IMG/VR virus record: IMGVR_UViG_3300018080_000120
Length of the DNA stretch: 49,166 nt
Source: a virus
Lineage: Duplodnaviria; Heunggongvirae; Uroviricota; Caudoviricetes
Direction: 5' to 3' (one strand)
The notes beneath the pieces were generated by a model. It was given only the letters and a program-made list of their open reading frames with translations, was not told where the DNA came from and did no database searches. Below are positions 1 through 9,943 of this stretch, piece by piece (the first letter of the stretch is position 1; each line of letters opens with the position of its first letter). Made by a program: the position numbers and the translations under genes.

Positions 1-711
1 AGGATTCAAAACAGTATAAGCCACTGGCATGTGTCCTTTCGACCATACCTTCTTTTTGGCAGCTTTAGCTTCTTTCCCCACTAAACCCTTCGCAGCTTTT
101 TGCTCTCTTCTTTTCTGAACTTTTTCAGATCTCTTTAATATTTCTTTAAGAACGCCGCGTTCTACTTTTTGACCAGGAACTGAAGATAAATAACTTATTC
201 CAGGTTCATATTTACCTATAATTTTATAGGTTCTTACCATGCCTACTCTAAATAAATCAAAAAATATCCAATTTAGGACTTGCTTAAAATCTACATCAAA
301 ACACCAAGTATCATAAAAAGCTTTGATCTTATCATCATCTATATCATTTTCAAAACCCTTAGAAGCAAAATTAGTTAATATGTCTATGTGAGAACCATAC
401 ACATCATTCTCAACATAATAACGCATAGCTCTATTAAATATCTCTTTAGGATCTTCCTCATAAGGCGCTTTCTTAACCAAATCCAAAACTGTTCTATCTA
501 TAACATCTCGCCTAAGAGTAGATGCCACTGATTTCATGCTTCTTGTGGTTACCGCCTTCTCAGATGGCAATGTAGCAAGAACTTGATGATTGGGTTTAAG
601 ATAAAATGCAGCCTTGCCATTATCCTGATCCCACTCTATTTTCTGAATATCTGCTTTTGGATATTTTGAATTTAGTTCTTTGGTTACTTTTGCTATTTCT
701 TTAGAATCCAT
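1..711 (-). CDS. Probable portal protein, N-terminal part (runs off window edge; not in ORF track)
   Basis: Manual translation open from ATG at 711 (RBS AAGGAG) to base 1: MDSKEIAKVTK...YYVENDVYGSHIDILTNFASKGF..., a portal-like motif. Directly downstream of terminase. Confidence 0.6.
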   Translation of the reverse strand, partial: MDSKEIAKVTKELNSKYPKADIQKIEWDQDNGKAAFYLKPNHQVLATLPSEKAVTTRSMKSVASTLRRDVIDRTVLDLVKKAPYEEDPKEIFNRAMRYYVENDVYGSHIDILTNFASKGFENDIDDDKIKAFYDTWCFDVDFKQVLNWIFFDLFRVGMVRTYKIIGKYEPGISYLSSVPGQKVERGVLKEILKRSEKVQKRREQKAAKGLVGKEAKAAKKKVWSKGHMPVAYTVLNP

Positions 712-723
712 ATATAATACTCC

Positions 724-2421
724 TTATTTTTTCTCCAATACAGCATGCTGAATATATTTTTTACCCATCGGCGTAGAATTAGTAAACCTGGCACCAGATT
801 GGTGAGGTCTGACCAAACCTTTAGCATGCAATACTATTTCGGGAACTTCGTTTTCTCTATCTATTTCTCTCACGCCCCAAGCTGCTAAAATTAAAGCAGA
901 ATATAAGTCTTTGTTTTGACCTTTTTTAGGTGTATCAAAATGTCTCAAACCCCTTGCAGTTTGAGTAACAATAATATTCAACATTTGAGATTTTAACAAT
1001 CTTACATCTTCATATAAAGTCTCTTCTATTTCTGACCCTGCCAATGATGGCATAGGAAATCTTAAATCTTTATTTTCTAACAATGCTAATGTATCAAAAT
1101 TAGCATCTGAAATCCAGGCAGAAGTTGGATTAACAAGCTGTAGTATTCGTTTGCCATTCTTGCCTTTAGTAGCGTCATCGCCCCTATCTAAAATAGGCGT
1201 ATGTCCGTTATACCCCTCTTGTAATAAGTCTCTTATAGGTTTTCCTCCACCCTGAGAATCCATGAATATTCTAACTATATTAAATCTATTAGTTAATTTC
1301 TGAATGGCGGTTGTCATCTCTTGAGTTGTCTTATCTTTCAACCCCTCAACATATACTATTTTGTTAGGATTATCCAATTCAACTATAACTACACCGCACA
1401 GAGCGGATCCACCTTGATTAGGATCAATCCCCATCACATATTGACTGCCTTGGTGACCATTAAAAAGTATATTAAAATCACTACCTATAGTACAATCTTC
1501 CAACAAAGAAGCCTTAAAAAACCCATCGCTATCAGAAGACATGCCAGCTTCATATTCCATAAAAAATTCCAAGCTGGACATAGTGCGTATCGCCTCTCGT
1601 ATATTTTCTTCGTCAAGAAAAGCTGGGGGGAGTAGTTGGTAGGGTACTTGATGGACTGCATATTTGTCGCCATGGCCTTCTTTAATAGCTCGCCAATAAG
1701 CCTTCATTCTTCTCCACATATGGTTAAATTTGAAATAACCAGAAGAAGCCATTATTATTTTATTAGCAGCTTGTTCTTCAAAATCTTCCTCTCGAGCCAA
1801 TCCAGCTGCTATAAGTCTATTTCTTCTTTCTCTTTCACGAACTCTCTGCATCGGGTTAGAAGAAACAGCACCCATAGGTCTAATAACTGTATCAATTATA
1901 TTCGGCGGTACTTGAGCCAACTCATCTATCTGGATCAAATAAAAACGGGATCCACGAATTTTGGCCCCGTCTACACCGATTGGCATCGCTTCTATATAAC
2001 TACCGCGAAAATTGGCTGCATTTCTAAATTTCAAATAACACTGATCAGCACCACGAACAGGCCTCTTTTCGGCGGCATCTCTTAGAATGGCCGAACCATC
2101 ATATAAATTTTCTACTTCGGTAAATATATATTTAGACTGCCTAAAAGACGGCCCGATTAAACCCACACGATATCCTGGATACAATAAGGCATGTAAAACA
2201 GCATTAACTGCAAGTAAAAATGTCTTTCCACCACCACGACCCATTACAGTAATAACAAAGTTCTTAAACCACATATCTCTAAGAACCATTCTCTGAACAG
2301 GCGCCAAATCAATATTCAGAAGATCATACGCCGCCATTATAGGATCGCGTCTATAATATTCAACCATAGCAGCGCCTTGAGACATCACATCATCTATTCT
2401 CTCAAATGAACTTATTACCAA
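724..2421 (-). CDS. terL: Terminase large subunit
   Basis: Walker A GRGGGKT, GPSFRQS motif, Walker B IQIDELA, coupling motif ASSG, C-terminal RNase H-like nuclease (GIDP...MDSQGGG...KDLYSAL). Confidence 0.92.
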   Translation of the reverse strand: MVISSFERIDDVMSQGAAMVEYYRRDPIMAAYDLLNIDLAPVQRMVLRDMWFKNFVITVMGRGGGKTFLLAVNAVLHALLYPGYRVGLIGPSFRQSKYIFTEVENLYDGSAILRDAAEKRPVRGADQCYLKFRNAANFRGSYIEAMPIGVDGAKIRGSRFYLIQIDELAQVPPNIIDTVIRPMGAVSSNPMQRVRERERRNRLIAAGLAREEDFEEQAANKIIMASSGYFKFNHMWRRMKAYWRAIKEGHGDKYAVHQVPYQLLPPAFLDEENIREAIRTMSSLEFFMEYEAGMSSDSDGFFKASLLEDCTIGSDFNILFNGHQGSQYVMGIDPNQGGSALCGVVIVELDNPNKIVYVEGLKDKTTQEMTTAIQKLTNRFNIVRIFMDSQGGGKPIRDLLQEGYNGHTPILDRGDDATKGKNGKRILQLVNPTSAWISDANFDTLALLENKDLRFPMPSLAGSEIEETLYEDVRLLKSQMLNIIVTQTARGLRHFDTPKKGQNKDLYSALILAAWGVREIDRENEVPEIVLHAKGLVRPHQSGARFTNSTPMGKKYIQHAVLEKK

Positions 2422-2434
2422 ATATCAACCCTCT

Positions 2435-2959
2435 CTACTCTTCTTCTATCGTATCTGCATCCTCATCGTTTCTATTGCCAGTTAATAATTCTGATTTAGA
2501 AACCTCATCCTCTTCTTTCTTCATCTTCTCCGCCTGCTTAAACATCTGCTCTTTTTTATCCTCATCAAAAGCCAATGCAAGATCAGCAATAGAAATACCA
2601 CTAAATTTCTTTGGATCTATTCTATCCTTTCTCCTTGTAGCTAAATTCTCCTTTAATTTCTCTGTTTGCTTCCTTATTCTTTCAACAGCCAATGAAGCAT
2701 CTATTTGCATGGAAGGTTCTTTTTTACTAGTCTTTAATAAACGAATCTCCAGCACCCTGTTTGTGGCTATAGACATAACATCATCAAAATCATTAGCAGT
2801 TAGTTGAGATTCATCAAAATCCTGTAAATAAATATTTACAAGACCTTGATACATTTCTAGCTCTTCAGGCTCAAACATATCGGAAGCCGGTATCAAGCCT
2901 TCTAACATTTCTCTAAATTTAGGTGGATTCTTAGGTCTTCCCCTCGGTCTCTTCGCCAT
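2435..2959 (-). CDS. Hypothetical protein, possible terminase small subunit
   Basis: Immediately upstream of terL; basic N-terminus RPRGRPK, helical/coiled-coil body. Confidence 0.35.
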   Translation of the reverse strand: MAKRPRGRPKNPPKFREMLEGLIPASDMFEPEELEMYQGLVNIYLQDFDESQLTANDFDDVMSIATNRVLEIRLLKTSKKEPSMQIDASLAVERIRKQTEKLKENLATRRKDRIDPKKFSGISIADLALAFDEDKKEQMFKQAEKMKKEEDEVSKSELLTGNRNDEDADTIEEE

Positions 2960-2968
2960 ACGCCCCTC

Positions 2969-3400
2969 TTAAATCAGTGAAAATAATTCGATTACTTCCT
3001 CGAACTGACCTTTCTCTATTAATTCGTCCTTCAACATAAGCAAAAATTCTGGGGTGGCACTATGCCCAAAACTATCAATATTAGCCCCATAACACAACTC
3101 TACCTGTCTCAAACGAGTTAATTTATTATCTCGAACCACATGCTCCATCTCATCTAAATTATCTTTATTATCAGACATCCAATCTGAAACTTCTTCAGAA
3201 TAGTTTTCATACTCTTCTTCAAGAGTTACAGATAGTGGATACCTTTTTTTGAAATGGTCGCTGAGTGATCTCGATATTTTATTTTTAGTTTTTTCTGAAT
3301 GAGGTGTGCCTAATCTATATCGCCTTATTTTGTCCTTCGTTTCTTCGCTAACACGGAAGCCTTCTGGGCGCCCACGTTTCTTGTTATTGTTCTCATCCAT
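2969..3400 (-). CDS. NUMOD3-like repeat DNA-binding protein
   Basis: SEETKDKIR and HSEKTKNKIS motifs; no nuclease motif seen. Confidence 0.45.
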   Translation of the reverse strand: MDENNNKKRGRPEGFRVSEETKDKIRRYRLGTPHSEKTKNKISRSLSDHFKKRYPLSVTLEEEYENYSEEVSDWMSDNKDNLDEMEHVVRDNKLTRLRQVELCYGANIDSFGHSATPEFLLMLKDELIEKGQFEEVIELFSLI

Positions 3401-3415
3401 CTCTCTATATTTTTA

Positions 3416-3904
3416 TCACCCTTCCAAATCGATATCATCAATTCCGCACTTTACCAATCTCTCGGCGCCAAAAATCATGACACTCACCATCAATTTGTCG
3501 CCCTCAATCTCTTTTATTACACATGTCATACCCTTAAATGGAGTGCCTGTCAATTTAACAACCATATCAACATGAGCCTCACTCGCAGGTATAACATCTT
3601 CATACTTCATTTTTGACAACTTCTGTACTTCTTTCATCTCCTTGGGAGAACATGGCCCCACATAATCACGTATCCAAGGATATTCCTGTAATTCTGTATA
3701 TGCCTTATTTGTGTGATTATACTTAATAAATACATAATTACTATATAAAGGCACATCCTTGCTTTTCCACCCTGATTTGGTGGCATAATCCTTTTTAACA
3801 GTGGGATAAACAAAATCTTCCACTTTCTCAAATTCAGATAAAAATTCACATACTTTTTCCCATCTTGCCCCTATTATTGTCCAGACATGCCATCCACTAT
3901 TCAT
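3416..3904 (-). CDS. NusG/RfaH-family transcription elongation factor
   Basis: NGN-like N-domain (WHVW...YSNYVFIK...DYVG) plus KOW (GTPFKGMTCVIKEI...VSVMIFG). Confidence 0.85.
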   Translation of the reverse strand: MNSGWHVWTIIGARWEKVCEFLSEFEKVEDFVYPTVKKDYATKSGWKSKDVPLYSNYVFIKYNHTNKAYTELQEYPWIRDYVGPCSPKEMKEVQKLSKMKYEDVIPASEAHVDMVVKLTGTPFKGMTCVIKEIEGDKLMVSVMIFGAERLVKCGIDDIDLEG

Positions 3905-4163
3905 CGATCTTCTCCACTTTTACAGCTTTGTCACAATTACTACATACTATCATAATTGTATTTTTAGAAGCCAACATCTCATGACCACATCCAACACACC
4001 TAAACCATAATTGTTTCTTAGATTTAGGCGGTCGGGAAAACGAAAAAGGCAATCCCTTATGATCATCAGCAAATTTAGATTCTCGATGAATCTTTTCTCG
4101 GTGTTTCCTTTCTCCACCTTCTGGAACATATCTTCTTGGGGCACCAGGACTTAATTCTACCAT
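3897..4163 (-). CDS. Zinc-ribbon protein
   Basis: CVGC and CSNC pairs; overlaps neighbours. Confidence 0.55.
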   Translation of the reverse strand: MVELSPGAPRRYVPEGGERKHREKIHRESKFADDHKGLPFSFSRPPKSKKQLWFRCVGCGHEMLASKNTIMIVCSNCDKAVKVEKIDE

Positions 4164-4861
4164 AATTCCTCCTTAATAAAACTATCCCTTTTAATTGTCA
4201 CTTTTTTATAAATATTTACCCAGTATTTTCTATTAAAATTTGCTCGTGAGTTACACGAGGAACATAAAGTGATTAAATTGCTTGGATGACAGTTCTTTTT
4301 GTTATAATCAATGTGATGAATCGTTAATCGCTGACTTGCTCCCCAACAATCAGGATTTTGACAAGTATAATTATCTCTCTTTTTAATTGATTTTTTATAT
4401 TCTTTATCGGCCCATGCATCACAATAAGGATCGCAACTAATACCGCCTTTCCAGTTATAATGATTAAGCCCAGATATATTTAATACACCACAACTTGGGC
4501 ATCTATACCCCTTACTCCAATTGTTCCAAGTCATAGAATGTCTGTGACCTTTTGGACAAATATAATTTAACTGTTGATGAGCATTTAAATATTTTTTAGT
4601 AAGTAAAACATAGTCATCTTTATCAAAACTATTTTTAACAATGCTAAAATCCAGTCTAAATCTTTTAGAATTTTCAATAGGCAAGCATTCAGGGCATCTC
4701 ACACCCTCCTGCCAATGATACCAACCTACACTATGTCTGTGACCTTTTGAACATATATATGTTAGTTTTTGTTTATTATTAACATATAAATCAGTCAGTA
4801 ACTCATACCCACTATCTTTAAAAGACTTTCTTATATATTCTATGGTAAGTTTTTTAGACAT
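4157..4861 (-). CDS. HNH homing endonuclease with two Zn-knuckle repeats
   Basis: Repeated C.KGHRH...CP.C units; RDNYTCQ...IHHIDYNKKNCHPSNLITLCSSCN. Confidence 0.85.
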   Translation of the reverse strand: MSKKLTIEYIRKSFKDSGYELLTDLYVNNKQKLTYICSKGHRHSVGWYHWQEGVRCPECLPIENSKRFRLDFSIVKNSFDKDDYVLLTKKYLNAHQQLNYICPKGHRHSMTWNNWSKGYRCPSCGVLNISGLNHYNWKGGISCDPYCDAWADKEYKKSIKKRDNYTCQNPDCWGASQRLTIHHIDYNKKNCHPSNLITLCSSCNSRANFNRKYWVNIYKKVTIKRDSFIKEELW

Positions 4862-4870
4862 CTTATTTAA

Positions 4871-5446
4871 TTACCCAATCACACCTTTCATAGGCTCCAC
4901 ATGTACAAATCGCTTACTTGAAACAAAGTCAGCTATATAAAGAGTCAATTCTTCAGGAGTATATCTATTCAAAGGCTTTTTAGCATCACCGGAGCTCCAC
5001 GGCCCATAATGATAACGAACCGCATAATAAATTACAAGAGCTTGATCTCTATTCAATTTATCCTTAAAACACTCTTTATAGACGCTGGCTATCAAATCCG
5101 CCATTATCTGAGGATGCTCTCGAACAGTATGCCCTTTGGACTCTAACCCCTGCTTTGCCAAGTCGTGTAATATAGCAGCAGCACAGATGGCGTCTCTATT
5201 AGAAGCACAATCTATGCCAGTAGACAATTCGTAAGCAACTGCTACAACTCTTTTGGTATGAAGAATAGTACCATCAGCACCAAGCTCATCGATGGGATGA
5301 TAAAGACCGCTGGATGAACTCGGACAATCTTCAAAAACATAATCTGGCGCTGCTTTGATACACGCTTTTGTTAATTCCTTAATTTCCTTATTTCTAATCA
5401 AATTTAACTCATTCTCAAATGTTTTAATCCTTTCCTTATAATTCAT
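4871..5446 (-). CDS. HD-domain phosphohydrolase
   Basis: SSSGLYHP...LHTKRV...ILHDLAK...YHYG...ADF HD-fold motifs. Confidence 0.8.
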   Translation of the reverse strand: MNYKERIKTFENELNLIRNKEIKELTKACIKAAPDYVFEDCPSSSSGLYHPIDELGADGTILHTKRVVAVAYELSTGIDCASNRDAICAAAILHDLAKQGLESKGHTVREHPQIMADLIASVYKECFKDKLNRDQALVIYYAVRYHYGPWSSGDAKKPLNRYTPEELTLYIADFVSSKRFVHVEPMKGVIG

Positions 5447-5456
5447 AATATCTCCT

Positions 5457-5675
5457 TTATCGTGTTGGTAAATTCACGTTATCAACACTCAATCTCACAT
5501 TCCTTATCCTCGTACTGGGATTTGAAGCGCTATATCCCATCTGACCCATAGTAACTCTACCATATCTTCTGGCAACATCGTAATTCATAAATCTTAAATT
5601 ATCATCACGGGAAAGCGTAGCGCCTTCTTCGTATCTGATAAATCTACTACGAATGTCACTCATTGGAATAGCCAT
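5457..5675 (-). CDS. Hypothetical protein
   Basis: RBS plus ATG, packed in operon. Confidence 0.55.
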   Translation of the reverse strand: MAIPMSDIRSRFIRYEEGATLSRDDNLRFMNYDVARRYGRVTMGQMGYSASNPSTRIRNVRLSVDNVNLPTR

Positions 5676-5700
5676 AGTTTATTCCTCCCTAATGGTAGTT

Positions 5701-5973
5701 TTAGATTCTTTTCTTTAGCTCAGCGTATTCTTCCGCATGCTCTTCTTTATTCTTATCAATTTCTTCTTTATTAGCCTGAATAAACTGCATCAAGCCCATA
5801 ACGAAATCTGGCACAGAATCACCTTTCCATTCATAAGAAATTCTAATACGCTCGTCGTTGCCCCTCTTTATACCAACACTGGCATACTTATAGTCACCAC
5901 TCTTCATGATGTCAGCACCAATAATCTCTTCGACTGCAACTGTGATGGTAAATCCTTTGTTTTTAGATGCCAT
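5701..5973 (-). CDS. Hypothetical protein
   Basis: TAATG-type coupling with the kinase gene. Confidence 0.6.
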   Translation of the reverse strand: MASKNKGFTITVAVEEIIGADIMKSGDYKYASVGIKRGNDERIRISYEWKGDSVPDFVMGLMQFIQANKEEIDKNKEEHAEEYAELKKRI

Positions 5974-6590
5974 TACATAATCCTCCCTTTTTTAGATAAT
6001 TTATCAATATGCAATATTGCATTAGCTATATTATAAGCGGCGGACATCAATCCCTCTAGAGTACTATTGTTCTCAACAGTAATATCAAAAGCACAATTAT
6101 CCAATTCCGTTTCTGATGCATGATCCTGACCATGGATCTCATTATCTACATCCCGAACTACCCTAATATTTACTCCACCATTTTCTTCTATATATCCTAC
6201 TTCATTCAAATATCTAACATCGGTCACTATGATATCTTTATCATTCCCGACATATTTATCCAAAATATTAACCCAAAAGTTTCGGTCTATTCTTCTATAA
6301 AAACCGCCAAACTCCTGCATTATTTCTCGCGGGGTCCAAAAAATATCACTAGTAAGAAGGTCAATATCTGATGTCTCCTTAGGATACCTATAATCAGGTT
6401 CTTCCTTTTTATCTCCCCACAATTGTTCATAAGACAAATCAAAATGTTCAGCACACATTTTCTTTAATTCATCCGCAAATGCGACTCTCATGAAATGCCT
6501 ATTATATTTTTCTTTAAAAATCTCTATCAAATATTGTCCTAATGTGTCTTTTCCCGATCTTGCTCGGCCCGACAGCCCAATAATACTCAT
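5973..6590 (-). CDS. Deoxynucleoside monophosphate kinase (T4 gp1-like)
   Basis: GLSGRARSGKDT P-loop, AFADELK, TPREIMQ, DVRYLNE, HASE; start moved to MSIIGL. Confidence 0.85.
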   Translation of the reverse strand: MSIIGLSGRARSGKDTLGQYLIEIFKEKYNRHFMRVAFADELKKMCAEHFDLSYEQLWGDKKEEPDYRYPKETSDIDLLTSDIFWTPREIMQEFGGFYRRIDRNFWVNILDKYVGNDKDIIVTDVRYLNEVGYIEENGGVNIRVVRDVDNEIHGQDHASETELDNCAFDITVENNSTLEGLMSAAYNIANAILHIDKLSKKGRIM

Positions 6591-7375
6591 TCTAATTCTC
6601 CTTTCTTTATCCATTTAAAACCACCAGCTGTTTCTGCATACCTATTTGTAGCATTAACAATACAACTCTTGTTTATGCCAGTTAGTCTACCAGCCTCTGC
6701 GGCTGATGGATATTCTCTAATAACTTCTTCTGTATCAAGATTTATTTGAATGACTGGCTTTGATGACTTGTCATTAAATCTCCCTTTTAATGTATTAGAG
6801 ATTTTCTCTCTAACATATTCAGGAACTTTTTGGCCTTTTCTAGCAGTGTTATAACCAGCTTTACCTTTATTCCATGAGATGTGGCCTTTTTTAAAAGCGC
6901 CTTTATTAAGATGATTAGTCACATGGACTTTTCTACATTCGACTGAACAACACTTATACACATCCCTCCTTGATGGTCGTACCTCAAAATTCTTACCACA
7001 TACAACACAAGACTTTTTCATTCTCGTTCCAGTATTCCAAGGGATATTTCCCTTCTTGAAGGATGTTTGATTACCAAAGCTCAGCCCGTTTCCACCATCT
7101 ATATAATTGACCAAATCACATCCTTTATCTTTATAGTATTCAATAAAATACCTTTCCCACTTTTTCCATTCATTGATAGGAACCTTTCTAATCACCTCAA
7201 TAGATGGTTTTAAACCTTTTTTGCGCAAACGGGCAATCCAATTGCGCTTGTGAGTGTCTTTATCCCTACCAGGGTTTAAATGATCTTTATATCGTTTTTT
7301 CACATCATTGGCCTTACCCACATATCTCACACTGCCAGTTATAGGACATTTCAATACATAAATATTTGTGATCAT
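6587..7375 (-). CDS. GIY-YIG homing endonuclease with NUMOD3/NUMOD1 modules
   Basis: IYVL...YVG...R...H...E...N; KKG.IPWN repeats; C-terminal KPVIQ...YPSAAEA HTH. Confidence 0.85.
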   Translation of the reverse strand: MITNIYVLKCPITGSVRYVGKANDVKKRYKDHLNPGRDKDTHKRNWIARLRKKGLKPSIEVIRKVPINEWKKWERYFIEYYKDKGCDLVNYIDGGNGLSFGNQTSFKKGNIPWNTGTRMKKSCVVCGKNFEVRPSRRDVYKCCSVECRKVHVTNHLNKGAFKKGHISWNKGKAGYNTARKGQKVPEYVREKISNTLKGRFNDKSSKPVIQINLDTEEVIREYPSAAEAGRLTGINKSCIVNATNRYAETAGGFKWIKKGELE

Positions 7376-7611
7376 TTAAACCTCCTTGCCACTGAAACCA
7401 CTCTATGAAGCTCTGTTCCAAGTTTTTTAACTCCTTTTAGAGTTTTGTCCATGGCTTTATCTAATTCTTCAACCTTTTCCTCAGCTTCCCTTTCTATAGG
7501 GATCAATTTCACTACATACTCTTTACATTGCTTATCACAGTCTTGCTTAAATTTACAAAAACAACCAATTTCGCCATCATCATCGAAATTTACATAATAT
7601 TTATATATCAT
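7372..7611 (-). CDS. Hypothetical protein
   Basis: ATGA overlap with the next gene. Confidence 0.55.
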   Translation of the reverse strand: MIYKYYVNFDDDGEIGCFCKFKQDCDKQCKEYVVKLIPIEREAEEKVEELDKAMDKTLKGVKKLGTELHRVVSVARRFK

Positions 7612-8040
7612 TTAAGCAGCCTCTGTGTTCCATCTGGCGTATTGTATTTTAGAATCTAATACTTTTATATCTGACCTTATCTCGTCTATTTTTTTATTTA
7701 CTTTATTAATATCTATATATACAATATTATTAATATAATAGGAGTCATTCAGGATCTTTTCAAAGTGTAAGATTTTATCTTCCAACACTTTCTTTATTAT
7801 TGTAGCATCCTTCAGTCTGACTTCTGATTTATTAACTTTTATCATCGTCTTAGCTTCTGCTCTGTCGATAGACACAGAGAGCTGCTGATACTTGTCATAT
7901 AACTTTTCCAGATTTTCAAATGCTTTTTCCAACAATTCACCACTCTCATCAGTTTTCATAAGACGACTTATGTGTTGAATTGATCCTAACACTAATTTCT
8001 CAGTGTACTCCTTTTCTATTATAGCCTCTGCTAACAGCAT
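7612..8040 (-). CDS. DIP1984-like coiled-coil protein
   Basis: MLLAEA N-terminus and LDSKIQ..RWNT C-terminus resemble this family. Confidence 0.45.
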   Translation of the reverse strand: MLLAEAIIEKEYTEKLVLGSIQHISRLMKTDESGELLEKAFENLEKLYDKYQQLSVSIDRAEAKTMIKVNKSEVRLKDATIIKKVLEDKILHFEKILNDSYYINNIVYIDINKVNKKIDEIRSDIKVLDSKIQYARWNTEAA

Positions 8041-8052
8041 GACCTGCTCCTT

Positions 8053-8271
8053 TTACTCAGGAATAACTTCTTGAGCCTGAGCACCTTTGTCTGTTTCCAC
8101 CAACTTAAAGGTCACTTTCTGTCCAGCTTTCAGGGTTTTATACCCATCCATCTGAATATAAGAATAATGAACAAAGTATTCTTCTTCTTCGTCACCATCC
8201 TTAAATACAAAACCATAACCTCTTGTTGCGTTAAACCATTTTACAGTCCCATTAAGTCTCTCTTCTGTCAT
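8053..8271 (-). CDS. csp: Cold-shock protein
   Basis: GTVKWFN...GYGF, YFVHYS, GYKTL..GQKVTF, GAQAQEV. Confidence 0.95.
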   Translation of the reverse strand: MTEERLNGTVKWFNATRGYGFVFKDGDEEEEYFVHYSYIQMDGYKTLKAGQKVTFKLVETDKGAQAQEVIPE

Positions 8272-8289
8272 AATACAAATTCCTCCCAA

Positions 8290-8853
8290 TCACGAATATA
8301 ACCTTTTCAAATAATCCAGATCGACGTTCTCGTAGTTGTGATTAGCGTCTTTTAGTTTAAGTCTGTGTAGATTACCATCCTCTCGGTAATCTATGTGTAT
8401 CCATCCCTCGGGGAAATACTCACATATAAGAGTTCTGAACTCAAGGTTGTTGTAAGACCATTCAGCTAAATCCATCAAGGTCACACCCTTCACCGCAGGC
8501 TCTATATCTGAAGCTTCCCCTCTAGCATGATTAGATGTAACAACCCTTTTCCCGTTTATCATGCTAAAACTACCTATTGCTATACACAATTCCTCACTTC
8601 TAAATCCTGATGTAATCCTTATACTCCCAAACTTATTTCTTATTGGTTGTAATACATTTACAGCCAATTTTTCAATGTTTTCCCATTGTTGTCTGTTTGG
8701 GGTATTGTCTATACCTAGCCTTGTGGCAGTATCAGACTTAACAAATTCCTTATATTTGAAATTCGGCGCGCCAGATATCTGACTATTCAGATCTGGCTGT
8801 TTCCAGCTAACGCTGGTTATTAACTTTTTTCCTACTTCCCACAATCTCCCCAT
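8290..8853 (-). CDS. Peptidase M15A family, likely endolysin
   Basis: ITSGFRS, SNHARGEASDI, WIHID Zn motifs. Confidence 0.8.
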   Translation of the reverse strand: MGRLWEVGKKLITSVSWKQPDLNSQISGAPNFKYKEFVKSDTATRLGIDNTPNRQQWENIEKLAVNVLQPIRNKFGSIRITSGFRSEELCIAIGSFSMINGKRVVTSNHARGEASDIEPAVKGVTLMDLAEWSYNNLEFRTLICEYFPEGWIHIDYREDGNLHRLKLKDANHNYENVDLDYLKRLYS

Positions 8854-8883
8854 AATTTGTCTCCAATTTAGAGCATTCAATAT

Positions 8884-8912
8884 ATTATAGAATATTTTTT
8901 GCATTTTGCTAG
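8884..8912 (-). promoter_or_regulatory. Phage promoter copy 1 (CTAGCA-N17-TATAAT)
   Basis: Exact motif and spacing shared by 7 intergenic sites. Confidence 0.8.
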
Positions 8913-8936
8913 ATAAATTAACTAAATTTGATTAAA

Positions 8937-9935
8937 TTATAATATAGCTGCCATTAATGCTCCATGCGCAACACAGGTCATGGGGTCATCAGCCCTACGA
9001 ACTTCTCTAATTTCAAAAGGAAATTTTCTTTCCTCCAACTCATTTTCAAATTTCTTCACAAAACCACCAGCTAATGATAAACCACCACTCACTATAACTG
9101 GCATTGCCTCCCTAAAAGCGGGCAGCTTAGTTTTCTCAAGTTCATATATAATATTATCTAACGCATATGTCATCAATATTACATAATAAATACTCAATGC
9201 TTCTTGTATTTTACTGGTCGGATTAGTTAAATCCAGATTTGACATTTCCTTCTCTATCTGAATCATAGAAGGTTCCATATCCAGAGCCTTTCCAACTGAT
9301 GCATCTATCCAATCCCCGCCGCGGGTTAACGAAAACTGAATTACAGGATCGCCCTCAAAACATACAGCCGTATTTACCATACCAGCACCGAAAGAAATGC
9401 ACATCCCTGTCAAATTGTCATCTAACAATTCAGAAAATGAAATTGCAAAAGCTTCATTTATTGGGCTTGGATTAAACCCCATTTCTTTAATATATTTCTT
9501 CATCATTTCACTATGATAAAATACATCAAATTCACCATCTACAGGTTCGGCTGGTATAGAAAAAACTAAATTAGTCTTTTCTTCTGTCTTTCCTATTAAA
9601 CTTTCTATAAGTCGTTTCATTATTGGTAAAGCATCTTTTTCTTTTGGTGATAACACACCTTTTCTCATTGGGCGGAGGGCATTTGAATTTCTTTCATTTG
9701 CCATTAAAAGAGCGTCTTCCCCGACAACAATAAAATCTTTACCATCAACAATATAGTTTGATTTGCGATTTTCTAACGCCATGTGTATACTTTTTCTGTT
9801 CACATCTGACTTTGGCGTCAATCTAAAAAATGCATCCCTCTCTTTTCTATAAATAGGCATACCATTAGCATCCATAGTAGCTGACACTAACATATTGGTT
9901 CCTATATCCAGACCAACACCTTTTTTCTCACCCAT
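8937..9935 (-). CDS. Actin-fold ATPase (ParM/MreB-like)
   Basis: Phosphate-1 GLDIGTN, connect NEAFA, phosphate-2 SFGAGMVN, adenosine SGGLS, connect-2 VAHG. Confidence 0.8.
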   Translation of the reverse strand: MGEKKGVGLDIGTNMLVSATMDANGMPIYRKERDAFFRLTPKSDVNRKSIHMALENRKSNYIVDGKDFIVVGEDALLMANERNSNALRPMRKGVLSPKEKDALPIMKRLIESLIGKTEEKTNLVFSIPAEPVDGEFDVFYHSEMMKKYIKEMGFNPSPINEAFAISFSELLDDNLTGMCISFGAGMVNTAVCFEGDPVIQFSLTRGGDWIDASVGKALDMEPSMIQIEKEMSNLDLTNPTSKIQEALSIYYVILMTYALDNIIYELEKTKLPAFREAMPVIVSGGLSLAGGFVKKFENELEERKFPFEIREVRRADDPMTCVAHGALMAAIL

Positions 9936-9943
9936 AATTACCC

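Noticed and set aside
724-2421. Intein or intron in terL or other core genes
   Set aside because: Lengths are normal, with no intein motifs and no split frames. The homing endonucleases are free-standing and operon-coupled.
4871-5446. HD protein as DatZ of a Z-genome
   Set aside because: No purZ or mazZ in the window, and HD motifs alone are not diagnostic.
8907-8912. Promoter -35 element as a T4 MotA box
   Set aside because: TTTGCTAG resembles it only on the strand opposite the TATAAT, so the orientation does not match.
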